The position numbers were made by a program, and so were the translations under genes. A stretch of 64,000 nucleotides of DNA from Lama guanicoe (Eukaryota), in assembly GCA_013239625.1 (NCBI GenBank), contig MU054400.1:3969802-4033801 (forward strand), written 5' to 3'. Below the pieces are notes generated by a model, which was given only the letters and a program-made list of their open reading frames with translations, was not told the origin of the DNA and searched no databases. Below are positions 37,172 through 50,200 of the stretch, piece by piece; the first letter of the stretch is position 1, and each line of letters starts with the position of its first letter.

Positions 37172-38555
37172 CTAAAATATTTTTATCACCTCAAAAGGAA
37201 ACCCTTTGACTAAGGAATTACTCTCCACTCCCCTCTCCCCCAGCCCCTGGCAATCACAAGTCCGCTTTCTGTTACTATAAATTTACCTATTCTGAATATT
37301 TCATGTCAATAGAATCATATAATATATGACCTTGTGTGTGTGGCTCATTTTACTTAGTGTAATATTTTTGAGGTTCATCCATGTCATAATATGAACTAGT
37401 ACTTCATTCTTTTTTTTTTCTGAACGAATAACATTTTATTGTATGTATATGCTACAGTTTGTTTATTCATTCTTCTGTTGGACATCTGAGTTGTTTCTGC
37501 CTTTTGGTTATTGTGAAAACTGCTGCTACGAACTTGTGTGTTCATGTGTTTGTTTGAGTCTCTGTTTTCAGTTTTACTGGATACAGACCTAAGAGTAGAA
37601 TTGTTGGGTCATATGGTAAATCTGTATCTAACTTTTTGAGGAATCGCCAAATGGTTTTTCACAGAAACTGAGCCATTTTACATTCTTACTAGCAACGGAG
37701 AAACACTCCAATTTCTCCACATCCTCACCAAGAGGTATTCCCTTCTCTTCCACTTATTTTGATTATAAAATCCTAATGGGTAGGAAGTGGTGTCTCCTTG
37801 TGGTTTTGATTTTGCACTTCCCTCATGGCGAATGATGTTGAACATTGTTTCATGTGCTTATTTGTCATTGTACATTTTCTTTGGAGAAATGTGTATTCAA
37901 GTCCTTTGTCCATTTTTTAAAAACACTTTTTATTGATTTATAATAATTTTACAATGTTGTGTCAAATTCCAGTGTAGAGCACAATTTTTCAATTATACAT
38001 GAACATATATATATATTCATTGTCACATTTTTTTCTCGGTGAGCTACCATAAGATCTTGTATATATTTCCCTGTGCTATACAGTATAATCTTGTTTACCT
38101 AGTCTACATTTTGAAATCCCAGTCTGTCCCTTCTGGCAACCCCCCTGGCAACCACAAGTTTGTATTCTATGTCTATAAATCTGTTTCTGTTTTGTATTTA
38201 TGTTTTGTTTGTTTATTTATTTTGGGGTTTTTTAGATTCCATATATAAGTGGTATCATATGGTATTTGTCTTTCTCTTTCTGGCTTACTTCACTTAGAAT
38301 GACATTCTCCAGGAGCATCCATGTTGCTGCAAATGGCGTTATGTTGTTGGTTTTTATGGCTGAATAGTATTCCATTGTATAACTTTGTCCATTTTTATAC
38401 TGGGTTTTTGTCGTTGTTGTTGAGTTGACGGAGTGTATTATATACTCAGGATATCAGACCCTTACTGGCCTCATAGAATGAGTTAGAAAGTGTTTCCTCC
38501 TTTTCTGGTCTTTAGAAGAGTTTGAGAAGAATTGGTGTGAATTCTTCTTTAAATG
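37172..38555 (-). mobile_element. Older LINE-1 (L1MB-like) 3'UTR/ORF2 end, interrupted by a younger L1
   Basis: ccctctcccccagcccctggcaatcac...ttgaggttcatccatg...ttggagaaatgtgtattcaagtcctttgtccattttt; resumes at 38383. Confidence 0.85.
37918..38382 (-). mobile_element. Young camelid-type LINE-1 3' end with 14-bp TSD
   Basis: TSD ctttgtccattttt at 37904-37917 and 38383-38396; body tattgatttataataattttacaatgttgtgtcaaattccagtgtagagc...catccatgttgctgcaaatggc. Confidence 0.9.
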
Positions 38556-38741
38556 CCTGCATCTTATTTTTATAGATAAAGTTTTATTGGAACACAGCTG
38601 CATTCATTGGTCTGTATATCCTTTATGGCTACTTCTGTATGACTAACAGCACTGTGTTAGTAATTGTAACAGAGCAGTATGACCTACAAAGCCCAAAATA
38701 ATCACTAGCTATCTCTTTACAAATAATTTTGCTGAACCTAG
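38556..38741 (+). mobile_element. MER58A-like hAT-Charlie element
   Basis: ataaagttttattggaacacagc...caaagcccaaaataatcactagct...tttgctgaacc. Confidence 0.8.
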
Positions 38742-39626
38742 TTTAGACTATAAATCTTGTTTCATGCTCATAGAATTTCACTTTTAAAGAAAACTGAGAG
38801 ATTTGCCTTTTCAGAGTAAAACATTCACCGTAACTTAAAAATTTCGTTAGGCCATGAATCAGCATGCAAGCGCTGTTTTATAGATGTGTTTCTTTATTTT
38901 GGATGATAGAACGAAAAAGAGCCATTAAGTATCATCATAAGAAATAATGCAGGGTAGGATGGTGGTGGTGGAGAAGACTGAAATGAATTAGAAATAGGAG
39001 GCAGGAGTAAGAGAGAAAGTTTCTGAGGTGGGGATGAGGGTGCCGCCTCACTTAACTTGGGAAGACATGAGGAAGTCCAGATGTATAGGGAAGACGGTGT
39101 GCTCAATTTTTGATAGGCTGAGCTGGAGGTAAATTTTAAATATCTAAACATGGATGGCACGGGGAGGAAACAAATCACCCCTTAAAAAGTAGTCCTTCTG
39201 GCCTCTAAATCATTAATGTACCAAGGCAGATCCTCATATCCCTCTTACTTCGAGAGGCATTTCCTTCCTAATTGGGCACTTCTAAAGAGTTTGGGTGTAG
39301 CTGACATTCCCCTCCCCCTAATTTGGAACCTTAATCCTGTCTCCCTAGGCCTCTCTGTCAGCCCCGAGACTTTTCTGCGTGGTTTCCCTTTGAAGGCACA
39401 CCCAGCCCTCCCACAAATTGCATCTCCAGTGACCCGCTGTGTTTTCAAGTTTGAGGTGCCTAAGCAGATTACGTATTCCCTAATCTCACTAAATGCATAA
39501 TTACATTTACTCAATTTCCATGATTTGCAGTAAGCTGGAAGACTTGTAATATATTTTACCAAAAAAATTTTTTTGCATTAAAAAAATAATGTGGGGCATG
39601 CGATGAATCAAAATAAAGAACTCAAG

Positions 39627-39730
39627 GGGGTGGGGGTACAGCTCAGTGGTACAGCATGTGCTTAACATGTGCTTAGCATGTGCGAGGTCCTAGGTTCAAT
39701 CCCTCGTACCTCCATAAAAAAACAAAACAC
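39627..39730 (+). mobile_element. tRNA-Ala-derived camelid SINE (Vic-1-like) with 16-bp TSD
   Basis: A-box cagctcagtgg, B-box ggttcaatcc, ends acctcca plus A-rich tail; TSD aaataaagaactcaag at 39611-39626 and 39731-39746. Confidence 0.9.
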
Positions 39731-40064
39731 AAATAAAGAACTCAAGAATGAAGAAGGAGTGGTTGGAAGACTAGTTGTGAGCATTAAACTTATGCCAATT
39801 TAGGTCTAAGAAGAAACTAATGGGGAAGTCATGGTTTCTGTGAATGTTTCAAATCCTGACAATATAAAAATAATCTAAAGCAACAAAAATTAGGAGGGAT
39901 AGGAAGGTGGGAGGAAGTGAAAGAGGGTCTCAATCCAAACTGTTTAAAATCAATCCAAACTGTTTACAAATAAAATATGTATTTCAAACTGCCAGCAACA
40001 AATGGTGACTCTAGGCTGCTAATAACTTAATGATTTCTTTCTTAATCTTAGATGGCAAAGAAAC

Positions 40065-40164
40065 ATCTAAAATTCTGCAACTTCCTCTATTTCAGTTTCT
40101 TTTCTCCTTTGTTATTTATCTAAAATTCTGCAGTTTCCTCTATATCAGTTTCTTTTTCCTTTGT
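40065..40164. repeat. 53-bp-period tandem duplication (2 copies)
   Basis: atctaaaattctgca..ttcctctat.tcagtttctttt.tcctttgt starting at 40065 and 40118. Confidence 0.9.
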
Positions 40165-43100
40165 CAAATGCATATAAAGCCAGATCAGCTATTTTTAAAT
40201 GGCACACATTGTATGATTTCATTCTAATAAAAATCATTATTTGTCTTTATATCTGTTGATATCTATGTCTAGTTATCTATCAAACTTATATTCTTTACTT
40301 TTCTAGGCATATTGAGATATCATTGACATATAACATTTATTCTTTTATCTGTCTATTTTTCAGAGAGATTCTGTAATGGTAGTATTTACAAACTCATCAC
40401 ATTTCCTTTTTCTGGTTGGTAGAAGTTGTTCCTTCTTGGAACTTTTCTATATTGCTAAGCTTTTTATGCTTTAATTACAAATACAGGTATTACTTAAGAA
40501 GGTAAAGGCAGATGACACTTTCATGAGATCAATTTTAAAAGGTTAGCTATTCTTAAGATTATGTTTAAAATTCCTGAATGCATTTGGGATATTACTTAAC
40601 ATCACATTATGAAGGTCATTTTACTACTTCCCACTGTTCATTTGAAAGGAAGATTTTTAAGATTCTTGTATTTTTACAAACACTGCTGAGCTCACAAAAA
40701 TTAATCTTGCAGGTTATGCTTGCCTAATTAGAAGTGTGAGCCTTTTTCTTAAATTTCATAGTCTCTCTTTAATAACTGTATTGGATTTATATTTCTAATA
40801 CAGAATCCCAGCCCAAAGGGAGGAACATCACATCACTGGTTTTATTGGTCTTGGAGAACAGTAAGGCCATTGAAAGTGCTCAGAGAAACAGAAAAGTCAG
40901 TGCATGTTATGTGTGATACCTGGATCTGTTGTAAAAGAAGGAAAACAAATTGGAAATTAAATATAAACTGTGTTGAGATAATAAGAGGTCTGGTTGAATT
41001 CATAATAACTAGGAAATTTGTTTAGGTCACATGTGTGAGGTTTAACATGTTACTTTATGACTATGTTGACATTTGAATACAAACGGATCATTTTAAAGAG
41101 GGAATTAAAGTTTTAATAAATGCATTTTCAGCTTCTGTGGCAGAAGTTTAATCTCTCACTCTCACTCGTCCTTGTATTGTTTCTCTTCTTTCCTTCTCTC
41201 TCTCTCCAGCTGTCTTCCTCGTATTTCCTCCTCCCATCCTGCCCCCACCTTTCCTGTCTTCTGTTCTTTCTCTAGATGCAGTTTATGGCATTATTTACTT
41301 AGGCCTCCCTTCCAGACCCTGACAGATGCGAGCGATGCCCTAACACCCTGCGTCTAGGTCAGGCTTCAGTGTGCTCTAACCCCAGTGTTTATGCTGCCTA
41401 TTAAAGGCATCACTTTTTGGAAATATATAGGGAGTTAAATGATCTCTGACAGCTGTGAACTGCAGAAAAAAAAGGGCTCTATTGTTCAAAGAGCTGCCTT
41501 TAATATCGAGAAGCCCTTGCTAAACACTGGAGTCTGAAGTATGGCAAATGTTAATTGGCCGTAAACTTAACAAGAGCTGGTTTTCCTCCCTTCCCTCCAC
41601 CTCCCCCAGCTCATTTCCCCAATGCCTGTTCCAAACTTCTAGTTTCTTATACGACACTTCCACCCGCTTTTGTAAACGCACCTTGATAGCATCTGAGACT
41701 TTTGGAAATGCTGTTTTCTCCCAACACTTTGTTTCTTAGAGACAAAAAGCGTACGATTCAAACTAATTAGAGGCAAGAAAGCAAAAGTCCTGAACTTTCA
41801 AAGGCAGAACTTATGGATGTCCTCCGTACTCCTGATAAACCTCCCTGAGACTTCTGCCTCTGAAAGCCATCAAACGTTGGTTTCCTTCCCCAGCGGTGGC
41901 CATGATTTTCAAAAGCAAACGTCATTCATCCCTGGGCATTTTACGGATAGTTAGCAAGGGTATCAAGAACAGTGTAGGGTCAGTGAGTTGTTCAGAATGG
42001 AGATTCCTGAAACCCTCCGTGGTGTTCCTCCTACATCGAATGTTCTTCCTGATAATCTCTTCCGTTATCCAAACCCTATGTGTCCCATTAGCCCAATCCA
42101 AGCCCGACTTGCCGAACTTTTTCTGATTTCTCTAGTTAACACTGAGACTTCTGTTTTACGACCAACATTTATAGTGCCTGTAATAATTACATACTCTCAT
42201 ATTTGTTAGTGTATAGTTCATGCATAGTTTGGCCAAAATTTAGATTTCATATAACTTCACTTTTTTAAAAAATACATTCATTAAAGCATTACTAAATGTG
42301 GCTGAATATTTACATTCTGCACATCAGTTACAAATCTGAAGTGTGTGTTTTGATTTGTGTTATCTGTGGCCATTACCTTGGAGTCTACACCATACAATTT
42401 AGTGCCTAGTTAGTTATGTAATGTCAATAGATTAATATTTTAAATGGCCTACCGGGCTGGACACTGCTAGGGACACTTTTTTTCATGCATTAGTTTGGCT
42501 TTCTTCCCAAAGTTATCAACTTCTTAAGGATTAAGACCATACACATCATTTTCTTGTGTCTTCTCCTCCTATGCCCAGTTCAGGGCTAAACACATTGCCA
42601 TTGCCAGTGCTCAGTGAGTATTTTGAGACATCAAAATGGATGTTTTCAAAGCTGAAAAAGAGCTTAGAAATCACCTACCACTCTCTCACTCGGTATTTGA
42701 TTTGTTTCCTTTTGTCTCAAATTCTTTTACGGTTTTATGCAAAACCCAATTTTATTTCTTTTTAGTTACACAAAGTTTTATTTAAAATTCCCATTTTAAA
42801 TACCTGGAGAAGAAACCTGCTCAATGTCTGAGTCTTAATTTAGGAACACCCCCTTGGTAAAGCCTTCCCTGCCTTTTCCTGACTGACCCATTTGCTCGTT
42901 CTTCTAGGCCTCCATTATACCACAGACCATCCCTCCTTATGGATTATGTAATTTTATATGTTAATTGTTGGTCTTCTCACTAGATTTCAAAAGCTCCTCA
43001 AAGAAGAGACCATGCCGCTGAATTCTGTAAGCCAGACAACTGACCCTTTCAGTCAAATAGCTGGTTAAGCAATTATCAAAGAACCCTTTCCCTGAGTTAG

Positions 43101-43174
43101 GCATAATGGGGAGAAGGGGGTGTTGGTGAGGAACCCAACTGCTGGTGTCCCAGGAAGCCCCAGTGGAGCCGCAC

Positions 43175-43380
43175 GCAGCTCTGCCTTGACGTAGAGCCTC
43201 CTCAGTTATGGACAGACTTGCTCATTACTTACCTCTTTTAGTGCCTGTTTCCTAATCTGTAAAACGGGATTAGATATTGCTAGCTGCCTCACATATTTGG
43301 GAGGATTTGACTATGCGACAGATGGAAAGCTCGTCTCACAGAACCTGCCACGTGGTCAGTGTCCAGTATAATTTTATTTT
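43175..43380 (+). mobile_element. MIR SINE fragment
   Basis: gtgcctgtttcctaatctgtaaaacgggatt...gctgcctcacat...gaggatt. Confidence 0.6.
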
Positions 43381-44361
43381 TCCATCTCCCCTCGAACTTC
43401 ACCTAAAGCACAGTACATTTTCTTCCGGTCATTCAAAGAACTCTTTGATAGATAAAGAGATAAGCTAGTGAATTTGTTTCAAAAGTGCCCTCTAAGCTGT
43501 CACCGATGGGCTATGGTAAAAGTGTTTGTGCATCAAAAACTCACAAGTATGAGCTATGACTGGCATTCAGCACCCTCCCACCAAAAGGCAAAAAATTAAA
43601 ATTTTCTTCTCCATGTGAAGTCAGCTTCTCCTCTCTTCTTTATTTATTACATTTGCCCCAAAGCAGGACTCTGTTTCTGTTATTTCAAAAATGTTTGCAA
43701 GTTACTGCAGAGGCTTGGACAGATCTCTCTGTCCATGCCTTCCTCCCCCGCCCCGTCTCTCATGCGTGTGCCCACACTCTTGTGTGCGTGTGTACATTTG
43801 GCAGTTGTGGTGGGATGACTTATTGAAAAGTTGATGTGTGTTTTGTTCTGTGTTTGCCTTCCCCAATTTAAAGAAAATAGTGGGCTGTCTCTCTTTTCCC
43901 TCAGCTTTAGAGATTTTACAGAACCCTAAATAAACGCTGCTGCTTGCGAGCATCCTCATATTCTGTTTTACGAAAGTCAGGCTCATTGAAGATGTTTTCT
44001 GAGATGTCTCAGGCAAGGGGGCGGGGGAGCAAATGCCTTGGGGAGCAGAAGAGCAGGAGCAGCAACAAGGGGCAGCTTCTAAATCGGAAACGTGCTCAGA
44101 GGCCCGCGGTTTCTCGGGTGGTGATACCTGGGCCCATGTGGTGAAACGCCCCAGGAAGACTTTAGATGGCAAAAGCCTTTGGGGCACCACTGGGGAGGGA
44201 AAGGCTCTAGCTTCAGAATCTCTTTGCCAGTGATCTCTGTTACCTCTTGGAAAAGAAAAGTCTGCCCACCCATAGGGAAGCCTCAGGGTCTGAAACAGTG
44301 AGAAGACAGGCAAGGAACAAGGGGCCATGATGTTCTGAAAAGCAGTATCTCTCACGCAGAT

Positions 44362-45103
44362 TGTGTTTTCTGAGGACGGTCTGAACAATGATGTCCCATC
44401 CCGCCTGCTCTTCTCCAGTGTGGCCCTGACACTTCCCCATTAAGAGGAGGGGTCTTACTTCTCTCCCCTTGAATCTGGCCTGGCCCAGAGGTATGCATTA
44501 GCTTCAGAAGTCTTGCAGCTTCTGCTCTGGTCTCTTGGAAGGTTAGTTCTCCAAAGACTCCTTATAGGGGTGCTCTGTCTCAGAATCCAGCCCAGGTGCC
44601 AGACATGCATGGGAAGAGCCTCCAGAGGATTCTAGCCCTCAGCCATTCAAGTCTTCCCATCAGAATCCACGATCACTGTGGAGCAGAGACAAGCCAGGCC
44701 CATGGCTCTGACTGAATTCTCAAAGACAGGATTCATAAGCATAACAAATTTTTTTTTAATGCCGCTAAGTGTTATTTTCTGCCACTAATTTAAAAAAATG
44801 CTTTATTGAGGAATAATTTATATGCCATGAAATCCACCCATTTAAAGCAAACAGTTCAATGGGTTTTAGTAAATATAAAATGTTGTCACCACAGTCAATT
44901 TTAGGACAAGTTCATTACCCAAAAGATTCCACTGTGTTCTCTGAAGTCAATTTTCATTTCTAACCCCAGCTCCAGACACCTTCAGATTGGTTTTCTGACC
45001 CTGTAGTTCCTCCTTTTCTAGAAATTTCATATAAGTAGAATCATACGAGTCTTTGTGTCTTACATCACTATGTCTTAGGATAGTTTGTTAGGTAGCAGTA
45101 AAT
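44362..45103 (+). mobile_element. MaLR LTR (MLT1G/H-like), interrupted by a minus-strand L1 3' end (~44790-45060)
   Basis: tctccccttgaatctggcctggcc...cagccattcaagtcttccca...tggagcagagacaagcc; the insert reads ctttattgaggaataatttatatgccatgaaatccacccatttaaag. Confidence 0.7.
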
Positions 45104-46367
45104 TCCCCTCCCTATTTTCCAGGTGTCCCATGAGCCCTTTGGACAATTGTGCCCTAAAGGTGGGGACGGGCATCCCAATAATGACTGAGATCAAATCCCC
45201 CTTTAGGCTAATTTAATTGGTTAAAAAAGAAATTTAATTTATTTAAAGGAAATTGGCATGTGATGTTTCCTGTTTATTTGAGTTGACAGACTAACATTCC
45301 TTCATAATACGATGAAGCCAAGGGGCTGACTCATTGCTAGAGCAGTGTCTAAGAGTTCCATGTAGTCCCATGAAGCACAAATAGCCACAGAATATGGTTA
45401 GCAGAATGGCTGCCTCCTTCCCCACCCCATGAGTTGCCCATATGTAAAAAGGCGACAGTTCTTACCCACCACCCTTGTGGTGCCATCACAGACCTGCTGC
45501 TCCCTTTCTCTGTGTCAGGGCTGCACGTGGAGACGAAAGTCACTGCACTGAGTGGGAAGCTATTGTGCTTCCATATTTTCATTAGATTCGAGACTTGAAA
45601 GTTTTTAGAGGCTTGGGAATCTTCCATTTTTATTCTTTGCCAACCTAAATATCAAGAAGTCTTGCTTAGGCAAATGAGCTGCCTATGAGGTGCTATTGGG
45701 ATGTTCCTTATTTATAGGAAAGTGATGATAAATACCATGGAGATCAAATCTATGGGAAAAGGAGCGAAGAAAAATAGAGACGAACTCAGAAAAGTATCCA
45801 GGAAACCTAGAGGCAAAGATAGGAAAAATCAACTGAAGACGTTCCATCTGTCCTGACCTCCAGTTGGCTTGAGTGGAATCTAGATACATTAGTACAGGCA
45901 AATGGAGTTCTTTCCAGAACTTCCAGGGAGGGCATTCATATGCCTTCCCTCGGTAACTCAGCGCTATTTAAAAACAAGAAAGGGCTATGCTCTTTGTTTC
46001 ATGGAACCCTCATTTCTCAAACTGGTTTGAGTCTAGGTGTTATTTTTGTTGGTCACTCTCAGATGCGTTAGTGTCATCACGCTGAAATTTAAGAAAATTT
46101 TTCTTTCTTTTTCTTTTTTTTCAACTCTAGTTCTTTGCAGGAGATGCCGTTTGTGGAGAGAATTGCTGCTGGGGAGGAGGACACCCAGTTTCAGTGACAG
46201 AATTATGTGGACTGCGTTACGATGCATCAGGGGGCCCAGGGCAGCCCCCTAGACAGTGAAGGCAATTAGGATTTATTGTCATACTAAGTGGGTTTCCAGC
46301 TGCAGAGAGGATTACATACGCATCCCTCTCTCTTTGGAAGAGTCAACCCGAAAGGAGGTCTTTGAAG

Positions 46368-46562
46368 GCCACTTAACATGAGATCTACCCTCAGAACATA
46401 TTTTAAAGTGTACAGTGTGGTATTGCTCACTATAGGCACTGTGCTTTACAGAGCTCTAGAACTTACTCGTATTGTACAGCTGAAACTTTCTCCTCATTGG
46501 GCAACAGGTCCCCTTTCCCTGCTGCCCCCACTGGCAGCCTCAGTTCTGTTCTCTGCTTCTCA
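46368..46562 (-). mobile_element. L1MA-like 3'UTR fragment
   Basis: cacttaacatgagatctaccctc...ttttaaagtgtacag...ctctagaacttactc...ctgttctctgcttct. Confidence 0.8.
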
Positions 46563-48217
46563 TCGTACATGTGTGTGACTCCCGGGCGGTGTCTCTCCAG
46601 GACTGGCATCTCCCCCAGGAGCGGCTGACATCGTGTCTGTCTCGAGTCTGGTCATAACCCTGTCCTCTGTATTCCTCCGCCATGCAGTTCCTGCCCCTCC
46701 CCACTTGGTCTGGGGTCCACATATGATTGGCATCAGCGCTCTTAATAACTTTGAAATCATCGGTCTCTGCCTTAAATTGCACAAAGTTCAGTTTTTCAAA
46801 ACACAGAGATTTCCTGGCTTTAGGACCCAGAATTATGTAAATGTCTTCTATTCCAGCTGTTTCTCTTCCTATTTGTTATTGTATGAATTTATACAATTCA
46901 TTTTTTGCTTATTCAGTTTTTGGAGCCGCTCCTCCAAATGAGAGTGCTTTCTGCTTATGTCTGAGCTTAAAAAAGGCTCAAGGAGAGATCTGAACACAAT
47001 CACCTAGTTTCAGGTTGAAACGGAAGTAGCATAAACGAAATGCTTTTGGACATTTTCTCATTATTCAAAAGCTCTTTTTTCCCTCTGGTCATTTCTTATA
47101 ATTCAATCTCCTATCATTCCAGGGCCTTTTGATTGAAAAAATGATGCTTATAGTGATGTGATGGCACAACACTTCTACTTTGCAGAATTGTTCTTTGGTT
47201 TTCTCTCTCTACAAAAAGAACTTGCTGACATTAACTAGCAAACAGGAAAAGAAAAGTAGAGAGATGGCAGCAGCTTCTCTGACAATCACGGAACAGACAA
47301 TAGTTTGGATTCATGTGTGCGACCCGCTGTGGTTGCGCGGGGCTGAGTGAGGGCACGCATGGTGGTGCCGGATCCGGCCCACTGAGCATCATCAGGTAAC
47401 CTTTACTCAGGTGGTCTCAGGTGCCTCTGCCTTTTATTCTTTGGAGCGATCTGTGTTCTTCGCTGTTGGTTGAAATATTGTTTTGTACCTGAGCCAAATA
47501 CCATCAATGCTTCTCTAAAAATAATGAGTTGCAGTCATTTTCTTAAAAAAGGAAAAAGAAAAGGCGAATCAGTAGGAGTGATACGGAGGGGGAGACTGGC
47601 ACGCACATGTCAAGTGATTTAAGCCCCTTAGCAAGTAGGGACTTCCTCCATGAGGCACAGACCTTGAATGATGTATTTAATTGGAAGTTGGGTGGGAACT
47701 TGGCAGGTAATCCGAGCAGGAGCAAGCCTCCGGGGAGAGGTGTATGTGAGAAGGAGGTGCGAGGGGTGGGCTGAACCCCAGAGCAGTCAGAATCGCACAG
47801 GTCTCCAGGCAAGGATGGCCCTGCTCCCAACAAGATCCCATTAGGGAGGATGACAAAACCCACATCACTGCTTCCCAACTCATTAATTCCTGCCGCTGGA
47901 GAATGCAGTTTGTTTTCTGTCTCTCAAGTCCCAGGCAACAGTGTGCTTGCCACTTGTGGGGCCTCTGCTGTGCGAGGCCGTGCCGGCGAGACCTGGGTGA
48001 GGCATCCTTGTAAAGGGAAGATGCTACCACCATGAAGTATGGGGCGGTAGGGAGCTCAGAGTCTGTGCCTGTCAACATTTTGCACGGGAAGAAAGGGATG
48101 CTCAGAAACTCTGCCGTTTCTGGGAATGTAACCAATAGGACAAAGCCCAGTGTGAACCTCAGGCCTCCTCATTCCAAGGCCATGCTCCCCCCGGCCTGCT
48201 CTAGACTTCCTGGGTTG

Positions 48218-48628
48218 TGTATGAGTCTGCTTGGGCTGCTGTCACAAAATACTGCAGACAGGGTGGGTTAACCAACAGAAAGTTTATTTCTCACATTCCT
48301 GGAGGCTGGAAGTCCAAGATCAAGGTGTCGGCAGGGCTGGTTTCTCCCGAGGCCGCTCTCCTTGGCTCACTGACCCCTGCCTTCTTGCTGCTTCCTCACA
48401 CAGTCTTTCCTCTGTGTTTGCACAGCCATGGCATCTATGTGTTCAGTATCCTCTTCATAGGAGGACAGCAGTCAGAGTGGATTAGGGCTCACCCTAATGG
48501 CCTCATTTTAGCTTATTCACCTCTTTACAGGTCCTATTTCCAAACACAGTCACATTCTGAAGTATTGGAGGTTAAGGCTTCAACATACGGATTTGAGGGG
48601 GGGACGGGACACATTTCAGCCCGTAACA
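48218..48628 (-). mobile_element. ERVL-MaLR solo LTR (MLT1A/B-like)
   Basis: tgtatgagtctgcttgggctgctgtcacaaaatac...ggaggctggaagtccaagatcaaggtgtcggcaggg...acatttcagcccgtaaca. Confidence 0.9.
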
Positions 48629-50029
48629 GAATGTGACAAGGGCCATCTCCACCTGTCCTTCTGTTGCTTCCGTGCAGTCACTGACTCAGCATATAAACAG
48701 TCACTCTGAATTTCCAGCCTTACTTCATTGTCTTTACTTTGCCTTGGGGATGAACTTGCTTCTCAGGAACAGGCCAATTGAGGGCTGCCTGAATCCCACG
48801 AGGAGGATGACGCTGGCTCTGGATGTTAGCTTCCGCCGGCAGAAGCAGCTGGCGGAGATCTAGTGTGAGACTCTGTAAGACGCAGCCGTCTCTACAATTT
48901 TCTGGGCTGCTCCAGAAAGGAATCTTAATTTCTCTGTGTTTCATACATCCTTTTGTTCTTTCCCTCAGGAATTCACCTTATATAAATTTGCTTTGAGTCA
49001 TGCAACATTTAAAAAAAAATGTTCATGTTCTTTCCTTGATACCATGAGCACTGTCATTTCCCTCTGTGTTGAGGATACACTTCATACACCTCCAGGAAAA
49101 ACAGCAGTTGCAGAGGTGGGTGAGGCTCTATCCACAAGGGCAACGTAGGATTATAGGAGGAGGGGAATCTGAGATTTTAGCTTTCCCGTCTCGGCCATCA
49201 CTGGTCAAGTGTGTTCAAGGCGCAGAGTGAAATCGGTCCTCTTCAAAGAAAGTGATGCTGGTAGAAGAAAGGGTGAAGCGGCAACACTTTGAGACAAGGG
49301 TAGCTCTTGGATGCCTCACATGCCTCCAAGATTTCTGTCGGGAACTGATCTTTTCACTTTGCGAGTCTTAAGATGCGGTTTTCTAGCAGGAGATCAGGCT
49401 TGTCACAAACGGATATAAGCCTCAGTCCTGGGCCACTATGGAGGCCGCAGCGGGTTGTCTGGGCACCGTGTTTCCCTCGCCCAGAGCACTGGGCATCCCG
49501 CCCCCAGACCCTCTCCTGCTGAGTGTGCTGGGGCTGGAGGTCTTAATGGGTTCTGGGTTAAGATGCTGTATCTTCTGAGGCCATCCAGATCCTCGTGAAG
49601 CCAAGTGTTTGGTCAGAGTAAGTAAATTGTTGCTTCTCTTAGTTTTCAAAATGCAGATATGTATGTGTGTGCATGTGTGTGTGTGTGTTTGATTTTTATT
49701 TTAAAGATACAGCCTCAGCTCCTCGACTTCAGCATTGTGGGTGATTAGATCTGATGTCAGGAGGGCATCGTAGATGCAGCTGGAGAACACGGATGGCAGT
49801 GGGCTCCTGCGCTTTCAACCTCCAGCCCGGCGTCCCTGCCGACCCACCTGTGGGTTCTGGCCTCTTTCTTCCCCTTGTCGTACCGCCGTGACTCGGAGGA
49901 GATGAGAACTTGCGATGTGGATGTGGATGTGTGTGGATAGACACAAGGCATGAAGGGGTTGGAGGAGGCACTGGTAGGGCCTTACTCTCCTCTCTTGTTT
50001 CAGAGGCACCTGGGAGGGGAGCAGTCTTG

Positions 50030-50200
50030 CTGCCTGGTGTCCAGGTCCCGCTTTACAGGTCACTGACTCCCAGGGACCTCATATACCCGCTGACTTCACT
50101 TTCCTCATCTGTGAAATGGGAGAAATTTCTGCCCCTCTTGTCTCACGGGGCTGTTGTGAAGACTAAATAAGAATAAATTTGTAACTCGGGAACGGTGTCA
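50030..50200 (+). mobile_element. MIR SINE fragment
   Basis: tttcctcatctgtgaaatgggaga...tctcacggggctgttgtgaagactaaat. Confidence 0.75.

Noticed and set aside
39627..39714. Possible tRNA-Ala gene
   Set aside because: A-rich tail, 16-bp TSD, extra 5' G-run and duplicated anticodon arm indicate a SINE
43702..44388. Longest ORF (228 aa, minus strand)
   Set aside because: Non-ATG start, no recognisable domain, composition typical of a chance ORF, and its start overlaps an MLT1 LTR edge
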